A stretch of 60,241 nt of DNA, from contig CAZXPB010000002.1 of the NCBI GenBank assembly GCA_964642585.1, positions 1-60,241 on the forward strand. The letters run 5' to 3'. The translations under genes and the position numbers were made by a program. The notes beneath the pieces were generated by a model. It was not told where the DNA came from, did not search any database, and worked only from the letters and a program-made list of their open reading frames with translations. This DNA comes from an uncultured Candidatus Saccharibacteria bacterium (GTDB lineage: Bacteria; Patescibacteriota; Doudnabacteria; UBA920). The first letter of the stretch is position 1. Each line of letters starts with the position of its first letter. Positions 17,443 to 25,258 of the stretch are shown in pieces.

Positions 17443-19425
17443 TTATTTTTTGTATGTTCCTTTGATAATTTCAAAACCTAAAGTATCTTTTTCCTTAAGT
17501 TGCATTTCAGCAACAGTTTCAAACTCAATTTCTGATTCCTTTGCCAAACTTTCTAGTAAATCTTTATTGCCCAAGTCTTCAGAAAACCCTAGTAGTATTT
17601 CCCCATTCACTTTTAAAAGTTCTCTCGCTTCTTTTAAAAACTTACGAGTTGCTCGATAACCTGGGTCAAATAGCTGCATCTCATGCAAATTAATTTTTAC
17701 ACCAGGGTCTAAATAACCAAAAGGTAACGCCCAAAAAATAGTATCAAATTTCACACCCTTCGGGATTCCATCAAATACATCGCCTTCCACTACTATTATT
17801 CTGTGGTTTAATCCATTTTTATCTATGTTTAACTTAGTTGTTTCGACAGCAAAGGGATTAATATCAGTAGCTACAACTTTTAGATATGGGTTTGATCTCG
17901 CCACTAAGCAACTAATAACACCAGTACCACATCCGACTTCACAAAAACTTTCTTTGCCATTTAAATATTCTTCAAGATAAGTTGAAAACCATTTTGTAGA
18001 CGGAAATGGCTCAGGATTAAATACTGCAGGATGAACTACGAACTCACAATCTTCAATTTTCACTGTAATCCAATCCGAAATCTGGTTTTGCTGTAGAAAT
18101 GTCCTAGATTGTTCAACCCCAGCTTCATTCGGATCGTCAAACCTAAGTAGTTGATTTAAATAAATTTTAGTTTTACCTATATCTATTTCTCCATTTGTCT
18201 TTAACTTAGTTTCTGCATCAATTGAAAAATTGATTTTATAATGTCTACGAAGCTCAAAATAGGTATCTAAATCATCAGGTCCAAATCCACCAAAAATTGC
18301 GATATCATTTAATCCATACTCTATCAAAGAATCAATCTTTTTCATCAAACTCTCTTTTGACTCTCTAATACCGTTCCCCTTGCTATTATCTAATAATAAA
18401 AAGGCTTTTTGATTTTGAATTAGTGTTCTAAAATTTTTATCGTTTACTAAATCAAAATTCTCATCGCAAAGAGGAATATCTGCCAAGAAATTCTTGCAAG
18501 CATATTCTATGACATTAAAATTATTTATCTCTAAATCGTTTATTTGTATGTATGAAACAAAAGGCAATGCTTTTTTTACTGCTTTCAAGTCAGCCAAAGG
18601 ATCTTTTGATTTTGAGAAAGTGAAATGCAAAATTGGAACAAAATTTTCATAGTATTCACAAGTTTGAAAAATAGAGCGCACTTTTTCTACATAGTTATCA
18701 TCTTCAAACTTAGTATGATCAAAAGATACACCTATACAAATTTTCAATAAAGGGTCACGCTTATTCTCTTTCAGGAAGTCGCCGATAATTTGGACTTGCT
18801 CTGGAGTCTCAGCGTGGAATTGATAGAAATAATAACTTACTTCTTTATTAAAGAAATGCTTGAACTTATCTTTTTTAGCATCAAAATATTTTTGATTAAA
18901 AATATTACTCTTAACCACAATCGGGATACGTTCAGTTACCTTAAAGCCAAGCTTAGCTAATTCAGAAACTTTTGATGGATTATTTGTTATCAAACGAACA
19001 TCTGTAATACCTAAATCATTCAAAGCAATTTTTGCCCATTCATAATTCCGTTCATCTGGCTTATGGCCTAAAATTACATTTGCTTCGAAAGTATCATATC
19101 CCTTTCTTTGTAATTCATAACTTTTTATTTTCTCAAATAAACCAATTCCTCTACCCTCTTGTCTTAAATATACTAACACCCCGTTCCCATCTTTGGATAT
19201 TTTTTTCAGAGATAGATGAAGCTGCTCTCCACAATCACATCTCAAACTTCCAAATGTATCTCCGGTAATACACTCACTATGGATTCTAACCAAAACTGGC
19301 TTAGAAGCCCCCAAATTTTTTGTTCGAAGGACTATAGTTTCTTTACCAAAAGTATCAGCATAAACACGGATAAAAAAATCGCCATAGTCCGTCTCCAGTT
19401 CAGTTTCTATGTAGCGATTTTCCAT
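17443..19425 (-). CDS. Three-domain fusion protein: GTP cyclohydrolase II (RibA-like), a TrpF-like (beta/alpha)8 barrel, and a class I SAM methyltransferase
   Basis: 660 aa. The N-terminus has RIHSECITGDTFGSLRCDCGEQL, YLRQEGRGIGL and RLITNNPSK. The middle has LLKICIG, LLLDNSKGNGI, IFGGFGPDDL and FSIDAETKL. The C-terminus has EVGCGTGVISCLVA, DINPFAV and FWALPFGY. Confidence 0.75.
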   Translation of the reverse strand: MENRYIETELETDYGDFFIRVYADTFGKETIVLRTKNLGASKPVLVRIHSECITGDTFGSLRCDCGEQLHLSLKKISKDGNGVLVYLRQEGRGIGLFEKIKSYELQRKGYDTFEANVILGHKPDERNYEWAKIALNDLGITDVRLITNNPSKVSELAKLGFKVTERIPIVVKSNIFNQKYFDAKKDKFKHFFNKEVSYYFYQFHAETPEQVQIIGDFLKENKRDPLLKICIGVSFDHTKFEDDNYVEKVRSIFQTCEYYENFVPILHFTFSKSKDPLADLKAVKKALPFVSYIQINDLEINNFNVIEYACKNFLADIPLCDENFDLVNDKNFRTLIQNQKAFLLLDNSKGNGIRESKESLMKKIDSLIEYGLNDIAIFGGFGPDDLDTYFELRRHYKINFSIDAETKLKTNGEIDIGKTKIYLNQLLRFDDPNEAGVEQSRTFLQQNQISDWITVKIEDCEFVVHPAVFNPEPFPSTKWFSTYLEEYLNGKESFCEVGCGTGVISCLVARSNPYLKVVATDINPFAVETTKLNIDKNGLNHRIIVVEGDVFDGIPKGVKFDTIFWALPFGYLDPGVKINLHEMQLFDPGYRATRKFLKEARELLKVNGEILLGFSEDLGNKDLLESLAKESEIEFETVAEMQLKEKDTLGFEIIKGTYKK

Positions 19426-19429
19426 TTTT

Positions 19430-20656
19430 CTATTTAAGCTTTAGTGCTAAGTCTCCGACTGGAATTGTCTCCTGCTCACGGGTTGCAAGATTTTTTAATT
19501 GTACAGTACCATCTTTTACTTCTGTCTCACCAACAATAATTGCAAACGGAATCCCTTTGCTTTCTGCGTATTTAAATTGCTTGTCTAATTTTGCCGCAGA
19601 GTAGTAAAACTCAACGTTGATCCCCTCAGCGCGAAGGTTAGTGGCAATCTTTAAATAGCTTTCAACCAAAGCTTCATTTTGATTTAAAACTAAAGCGCGA
19701 ATCGGCTGAACTGACTGCATTTGCCCCATTTCAGTAAGCGCTGCAATTAATCTATCTATTCCAATACTACCGCCAACAGCTGGCAGGGATTGTGAGGAAA
19801 ATTGATCAACCAAGCCATCGTAACGACCACCAGCGCAGATTGCACCAAATTCTGGCTTATCTATGAGGATAATTTCAAACACAGTCCCGGTATAATAATC
19901 TATCCCACGCGCAATTGTTGGATCAAATTCCACCTGACCTGCAAGAGAGTACTGTTCTAACTGCTTAATCAGGTCAGCAGTATTTTCTGGTACAGTCCTA
20001 GCCCCGGCAGAAACAAGACTTTTTGCCTTTTCAATTTCTTCTTTACTCACACCATTCTCTTCCATTTCTTTCACAATCCCCTCAATACCGATCTTGTCTA
20101 GTTTATCTATAGCGCGAATTGTTTGTACAGAAAATTCTTTCAAAGTAGCTCTATCATTTAAGCGCACTTTGTAATTCTTTACACCAACTGCTTCTAAAGC
20201 CATACACAAACAAGCAATTACTTCAGCATCTGCTAAGTTTGAGTCTGTTCCGACTGCATCTACATCACATTGATAGAATTCACGCAATCTCCCTTTCTGG
20301 GGATTGTCTGCTCGCCATACTGGCGCAATTTGATATCGCTTAAACGGAAGAACTAACTGTCCTTGATTCTGAGCAACGAAGCGTGCTAATGGCACGGTTA
20401 GATCATAACGCATTGCAACATCGCGATCACCATTATCTTTAAAAGAGTAAACTAATTTTTCATCTTCTCCATATTTACCCATTAGGATTTCTTTGTACTC
20501 TAGTACTGGAGTAGACAACGGTAAAAAACCAAACCGTTCAAAAACGCTCTGGATTTTAGAAAACATTTGCTGCCGCGCAAGTTGCTCTGAAGGCGCGTAA
20601 TCGCGGAAACCTTTGAGCAAGCGTGGTTCAATTTTTTGTTTGTCTGTTTTTGACAT
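19430..20656 (-). CDS. hisS: Histidine--tRNA ligase (catalytically intact copy)
   Basis: 408 aa. Motif 2 is FKRYQIAPVWRADNPQKGRLREFYQCDVD. It also has RGIDYYTGTVFE and GGRYDGL, plus a C-terminal anticodon-binding domain. Confidence 0.9.
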   Translation of the reverse strand: MSKTDKQKIEPRLLKGFRDYAPSEQLARQQMFSKIQSVFERFGFLPLSTPVLEYKEILMGKYGEDEKLVYSFKDNGDRDVAMRYDLTVPLARFVAQNQGQLVLPFKRYQIAPVWRADNPQKGRLREFYQCDVDAVGTDSNLADAEVIACLCMALEAVGVKNYKVRLNDRATLKEFSVQTIRAIDKLDKIGIEGIVKEMEENGVSKEEIEKAKSLVSAGARTVPENTADLIKQLEQYSLAGQVEFDPTIARGIDYYTGTVFEIILIDKPEFGAICAGGRYDGLVDQFSSQSLPAVGGSIGIDRLIAALTEMGQMQSVQPIRALVLNQNEALVESYLKIATNLRAEGINVEFYYSAAKLDKQFKYAESKGIPFAIIVGETEVKDGTVQLKNLATREQETIPVGDLALKLK

Positions 20657-20680
20657 AGCTATAGTATACCAAACAGCTGA

Positions 20681-20908
20681 CTACTCAGCCAGTTGGAAAA
20701 TTTTTATCTTACCTGTGTGCCCCCGTTTAAGTGTAAGCAAAGATGGTGCGACATCTAGATACCCAGCCAGTTCTTTTAAAATTACAGCGTTTGCTTTACC
20801 ATCTTGAGGACTCTCAGAAACATAGATATCAAAAACCCCTGGACCTTTTTCTATAATCCGGGGCTGTTTGCTATTTGGGTGAGCATGTACTGTGTATTGC
20901 ATGTTCAA
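20681..20908 (-). CDS. DUF167 (YggU-like) protein
   Basis: 75 aa. The pattern is HAHPNSKQPRI...DIYVSESPQDGKANAVILKELAGYL...KRGHTGKIKIF. Confidence 0.7.
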   Translation of the reverse strand: MNMQYTVHAHPNSKQPRIIEKGPGVFDIYVSESPQDGKANAVILKELAGYLDVAPSLLTLKRGHTGKIKIFQLAE

Positions 20909-20910
20909 AT

Positions 20911-21282
20911 TTACTTACGGCCAACGATGAGTCCTAATGCACTCCCCCAGAATCCGCGGGACTTTTTAATTTTCTTTACTCTACTTAAAGTCTCTCCTTT
21001 AACTTTAAGCAAGATGGTATCTATTTTTCTAAATCGGTTATAACCATAAATAACTAACATTCCCCCAACAAGGATGAAAGCCCAGCCTAGAGCTTGAGTA
21101 ATTGCGTCAGTACCAAAGACTTTTATTAAAGTTGCTCCCGCCGCCACAAGTGTGAGCGATGTCCGAATGTACGACATAAGAGAGGTCTCATTGGTCATCA
21201 TGGTACGATCAACTGCCAAATAATCACGAAGGATCATTTGTTCATGGTCTTTTTCGTAAGGAATATATGGATCTTCTGACAT
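20911..21282 (-). CDS. DUF202 (YidH-like) small membrane protein
   Basis: RDYLAVDRTMMTNETSLMSYIRTSL followed by two TM segments. The start was reset to MSEDPY at 21282, because the track extension runs into a long palindrome. Confidence 0.65.
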   Translation of the reverse strand: MSEDPYIPYEKDHEQMILRDYLAVDRTMMTNETSLMSYIRTSLTLVAAGATLIKVFGTDAITQALGWAFILVGGMLVIYGYNRFRKIDTILLKVKGETLSRVKKIKKSRGFWGSALGLIVGRK

Positions 21283-21349
21283 AAATTTTATTTTTGTTTC
21301 AAATTCTCTAATTGATACATATATTATAACACAATTTTGAATCACAAAC

Positions 21350-21445
21350 AAAAATCCCCAGGGATACATCTTCAAACGAATGCGAGCTAAGGCCCGAGCG
21401 GCCGCAAGCGAGTCTTAGTGAGAGGATGTGTCTCTGGGGATTTTA
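21350..21445 (-). terminator. Unusually long (~95 nt) imperfect palindrome with a GC-rich core just after the ftsZ stop. It is a probable terminator with U-tracts on both sides.
   Basis: AAAAATCCCCAG (21350-21362) pairs with CTGGGGATTTT (21434-21444). GATACATCTTC pairs with GAGGATGTGTC. The core contains GCGGCCGC. Confidence 0.6.
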
Positions 21446-21466
21446 TTATTTATATTCTAAAAGTTG

Positions 21467-22681
21467 TTATTTCATCTTCTTGCGAATAAACGCAGGAATA
21501 TCTAATTCATCGTCATCTGCATCATCGTTACTCATTGGAGTAACAGGATCGACAGGACGAGGGCTAAACAATGGCTTTCGAACTTCTGGTCTTGCTGGCG
21601 CATCTTCTGTTTCTATTTCCACTTGGGGTGTGGATGTTGGAATATGCGCTTGAGTAATAAATGGTTTTGGAGCTTCATCGGAAACTGGAGCAAAGTTTAT
21701 TGAGCTTGGGCGACGATTATGTTCATCAAAACCTGTAGCAATAACCGTGATACGGATTTCATCACCCATAGTTTCGTCAATGACTGTACCAAACTTCACA
21801 CGCGCTTCAGGATCTACATTCTTAGTAATAACGCGAGCTGCTTCATCGATTTCAAACATTCCAATATCTGAGCCACCAGTAATGTTAAATAGAACGCCTT
21901 GCGCACCGTCGATGGTCATATCTAGCAATGGAGAGTTAATAGCAGCCTTAGCAGCGATTTCAGCGCGGCCTTCACCACTAGCACGGCCGATACCCATCAT
22001 AGCTGTTCCAGCATCTTGCATAATAGTGCGGATGTCAGCAAAGTCAGCATTAACTACACCATGAGTGGTAATTAAATCCGAAATACCAGCAATCCCCTGA
22101 CGAAGCACTTCATCTACAGTTTTGAACGCGTCTATTAAAGAAGTTTTCTTGTCGATGATTTGTAAAATACGATCGTTTTGGATAGAGATGATTGCATCTA
22201 CTTTATCTTTCAAATTTTCGTAACCTGCTTCAGCAATTTCCTTACGCTTGCTTCCTTCAAAAGTAAATGGTTTTGTAACAACTGCTATAGTCAAAATGTC
22301 TCGGTTCTTACAAAGTTCTGCAACAATCGGAGCAGCACCAGTGCCAGTACCACCACCAAGACCACAAGTGATGAACACCATGTCTGCATTTGAGATAACT
22401 TCTTCGATTTCTTCTTGGCTCTCTTCTGCTGCTTGGCGACCAAGTTCTGGATTCATGCCTGAACCTAGACCTTTTGTGATAGATTTTCCAATATGGACTT
22501 TTTTGTCAGCTGTGTTGTTGTGAAGAGCCTGCGCATCTGTATTTACAGCGATGAACTCAACGCCCTTAATTCCCAGTTCGGCCATACGGCTTACTGCAGT
22601 GGTTCCAGAGCCTCCCACACCCATAACTTTGATGCGAGCAAATGTTTCAATTTTTGGTTTAACTTCCATAGGTTTTTTCAT
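21467..22681 (-). CDS. ftsZ: Cell division protein FtsZ
   Basis: 404 aa with GVGGSGTTAV and GGGTGTGAAPIVAE tubulin signature motifs. Confidence 0.97.
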   Translation of the reverse strand: MKKPMEVKPKIETFARIKVMGVGGSGTTAVSRMAELGIKGVEFIAVNTDAQALHNNTADKKVHIGKSITKGLGSGMNPELGRQAAEESQEEIEEVISNADMVFITCGLGGGTGTGAAPIVAELCKNRDILTIAVVTKPFTFEGSKRKEIAEAGYENLKDKVDAIISIQNDRILQIIDKKTSLIDAFKTVDEVLRQGIAGISDLITTHGVVNADFADIRTIMQDAGTAMMGIGRASGEGRAEIAAKAAINSPLLDMTIDGAQGVLFNITGGSDIGMFEIDEAARVITKNVDPEARVKFGTVIDETMGDEIRITVIATGFDEHNRRPSSINFAPVSDEAPKPFITQAHIPTSTPQVEIETEDAPARPEVRKPLFSPRPVDPVTPMSNDDADDDELDIPAFIRKKMK

Positions 22682-22698
22682 GCTAATTCTATATTAAA

Positions 22699-22758
22699 GA
22701 AAAAAACGTAAAATAACAACTCAAATAGCGAGATCTTCTTTCAATTGTTATTTTGCGT
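22699..22758 (-). terminator. Strong hairpin plus U7 between ftsA and ftsZ (terminator or attenuator)
   Basis: On the minus strand, ACGCAAAATAACAA ... TTGTTATTTTACGT (14 bp, one mismatch) is followed by TTTTTTT. Confidence 0.55.
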
Positions 22759-22800
22759 TTTATTTTTACTGGCTTTTTTAATTATTCAAAGGCTCAGCCT

Positions 22801-24051
22801 TTATGGCATAATCGCTTTGAACCATTTCTTCAATTTTACCACATTTTCATTTTCTAACAAGCCTTTAAATGGCTTTGCTATATTGAAGCCACCAAAGCCC
22901 CCAGAAGTGAAATTACTTCCCCACAAAGCAAGACCAACAACAGTTGCAAACGACGGGTCTACAACTTGGTCAATAATTGTGTCAGTTTCACTTGGCACAC
23001 CAATACTAACTGGCAAACGCAAATAGTGTTTAGCAAATTCAACAGTTCCAGGTAGCATTGCGCCACCGCCTGTTAAAACAATCCCTGCAGGTAGTTTGCC
23101 GTCACGATCAATTCGTTTTAATTCAGCAGTAACGCGATCAAAAATTTCTTCTAATCGTGCTTCAATAATTTCTGCAACTAAACTTTGTAAGACGCGAGTT
23201 TCTTCTTCTGGATCAATCTTAGACATATCTACTTCTGCAAGTTTATCTACAAGAGCAGGACTTGCATGACCATACAAAGTTTTTACTTTCTCAGCTGTAT
23301 CGATAGTACAACGAAGACCAATAGCGATGTCGTTAGTAATGTGCATTGAGCCAACTGGAATAATTGCAGTATGGATAAGATTATTTTCTTCGTAGACAGC
23401 CAAACTAGTTGTGCCAGCACCTAAGTCAATGAGCGCTACACCCAGTTCTTTTTGACGCTTATTTAAGACAGATTGAGCAGCAGCCAAAGGCGAAAGCACT
23501 GTTTGGTCAATTTCAAGACCAGCTTGAGTAATGGCTTTGCTTAAATTCTTTAAGAACGGTAGTGCGCCATGAATGATGATAGTTTCCACTTCAAGACGAA
23601 TTCCGGTCATCCCGATCGGATCTTTAATCCCCGCCTGACCATCTAGTGTGAAAGTTTTTGGAATGACATGGATCACTTCACGGTTTGGCGGAATTGAAAC
23701 TGCCTGAGATGCATCAATGACGCGAATGACATCGTTTTCAGAAATTTCTCCATCGGCACGCGACACAGCGATTACACCTTTACTATCCATACAAGTAATA
23801 TGATTACCACCCACGGAAACATTGGCATGTGTCACTGGCACACCTGTCATGCGTTCAACTTTTTCTAAAACTGCAGAGATTGATGAGACTGCTTCATCTA
23901 TGTCAACTATTACACCTTTGCGCATTCCATTGGCAACAACCGAACTCGCACCAATTATATTGATACGACCAGTTTCTTCTAGTTTGCCTTGCACTACTCT
24001 AATATTTTGTGTGCCGACATCTAGACCAACAATGTATTGTTCTTTTGCCAT
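22801..24051 (-). CDS. ftsA: Cell division protein FtsA
   Basis: 416 aa. The actin-like ATPase motifs are VGLDVGTQNIRV, IDLGAGTTSLAV and LTGGGAMLPG. Confidence 0.93.
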   Translation of the reverse strand: MAKEQYIVGLDVGTQNIRVVQGKLEETGRINIIGASSVVANGMRKGVIVDIDEAVSSISAVLEKVERMTGVPVTHANVSVGGNHITCMDSKGVIAVSRADGEISENDVIRVIDASQAVSIPPNREVIHVIPKTFTLDGQAGIKDPIGMTGIRLEVETIIIHGALPFLKNLSKAITQAGLEIDQTVLSPLAAAQSVLNKRQKELGVALIDLGAGTTSLAVYEENNLIHTAIIPVGSMHITNDIAIGLRCTIDTAEKVKTLYGHASPALVDKLAEVDMSKIDPEEETRVLQSLVAEIIEARLEEIFDRVTAELKRIDRDGKLPAGIVLTGGGAMLPGTVEFAKHYLRLPVSIGVPSETDTIIDQVVDPSFATVVGLALWGSNFTSGGFGGFNIAKPFKGLLENENVVKLKKWFKAIMP

Positions 24052-24077
24052 TGGAATTTTTGTTTAGAATTTGAAAT

Positions 24078-24518
24078 TTACTGTAATTTTTCTTTGACTA
24101 GTTTTGCAACCAGTGCACCATCTGCTGTGTTGCCAAAGTGACCCTTTAACTGCCCCATTGCTGATCCAAAGTCTTTCACTGTCCAACCGTTTTCAGCGAT
24201 TTTCGCTTCTATTACTTTGACAATTTCTTCTTCAGACACTTGTTCCGGTAAGAATTGCGCTAGAACAGCTAATTCTGCTTCTTCTTTATCTGCTGCTTCC
24301 ACTCTCCCAGCATCCCTAAATGCAGCTGCCGCTTCTTTACGACGTTTTGCTTCGGACTGCACCAAAGACAAAATCTCCGCTTCAGTTAAATCTGAACCTT
24401 TGGAGATTTTATCGTTTTGGATTCTGGTTTTAAGCGCACGAAGAGTATCTGCCGCAATTTGATTGCGATCTTTCAAAGCTGATTTCAATGCGTCTTCTAC
24501 TTCAGATAAATTGATCAT
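24078..24518 (-). CDS. GatB/YqeY-domain protein
   Basis: 146 aa. The pattern is ALKSALKDRN...LRALKTRIQN...EAKRRKEAAAAFRDAGR...EEAELAVL. Confidence 0.75.
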   Translation of the reverse strand: MINLSEVEDALKSALKDRNQIAADTLRALKTRIQNDKISKGSDLTEAEILSLVQSEAKRRKEAAAAFRDAGRVEAADKEEAELAVLAQFLPEQVSEEEIVKVIEAKIAENGWTVKDFGSAMGQLKGHFGNTADGALVAKLVKEKLQ

Positions 24519-24544
24519 TAATTTTGCTGTTTGTTTATGAGAGA

Positions 24545-24784
24545 TTAGTACTTACGGCCGCGAGAAGGCTTCATAGGTTTGCCCAAGCGCTTTTGTTCTT
24601 CACGAACTTCACGCATTTCAGAACGTCGTTGTGCGTCGGTGCGTTGTAAGTTACGACTTTTCGCCGGAGAGAAAAAGCGTGTCTTACGTGCACGGATTAA
24701 AACACCGCTTTGTTGTATCTTGCGATTAAAACGGCGTAGTAGGTTATCAAAATTTTCGTTATCTTTACGTTTAACTTCTACCAA
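24545..24784 (-). CDS. rpsU: 30S ribosomal protein S21 (TTG start)
   Basis: VEVKRKDNENFDNLLRRFNRKIQQSGVL... GAGGTG lies 7 nt upstream of the TTG. Confidence 0.85.
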   Translation of the reverse strand: MVEVKRKDNENFDNLLRRFNRKIQQSGVLIRARKTRFFSPAKSRNLQRTDAQRRSEMREVREEQKRLGKPMKPSRGRKY

Positions 24785-24882
24785 AAAAATTCACCTCTTT
24801 CCTAAAGATTATTCTAGATAATCTTAATGCTTCTGCAATTATACTATATTTAAGCATCACAGTCAAATCTCGACAACTTCTC

Positions 24883-25224
24883 CTATTCTTCCAGTTGTTT
24901 ACCACCTAAGAGGTGCATATGTAAGTGAGGGATAATTTGTCCACCCTGCTTACCGTTGTTCAACACCAATTTGTACCCAGACTCTGAAACTCCCGCTGTG
25001 GCTGCATAGTTCTTTGCCGCTAATACTAATTCTGCAATCATGGCGCTGTCTGATTCTTCAAGACCATTCACAGAAACGATATGGCGTTTTGGCATAACTA
25101 AAACATGCACAGGTGCTTTTGGCATAATGTCTTGCAAGATCATTATGTCATCAGTTTCATACAAAATATTTGAAGCAATTTTTTTCGCTGCAATATTACA
25201 AAAAACACACTCTAAAATATCCAT
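24883..25224 (-). CDS. HIT-family (histidine triad) nucleotide hydrolase/transferase
   Basis: 113 aa. It has a CVFCNI N-terminus and the HLHMHLLGG triad. Confidence 0.88.
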   Translation of the reverse strand: MDILECVFCNIAAKKIASNILYETDDIMILQDIMPKAPVHVLVMPKRHIVSVNGLEESDSAMIAELVLAAKNYAATAGVSESGYKLVLNNGKQGGQIIPHLHMHLLGGKQLEE

Positions 25225-25258
25225 TTATATATTTAATTAATTTTGGTTTCAAAACGAG

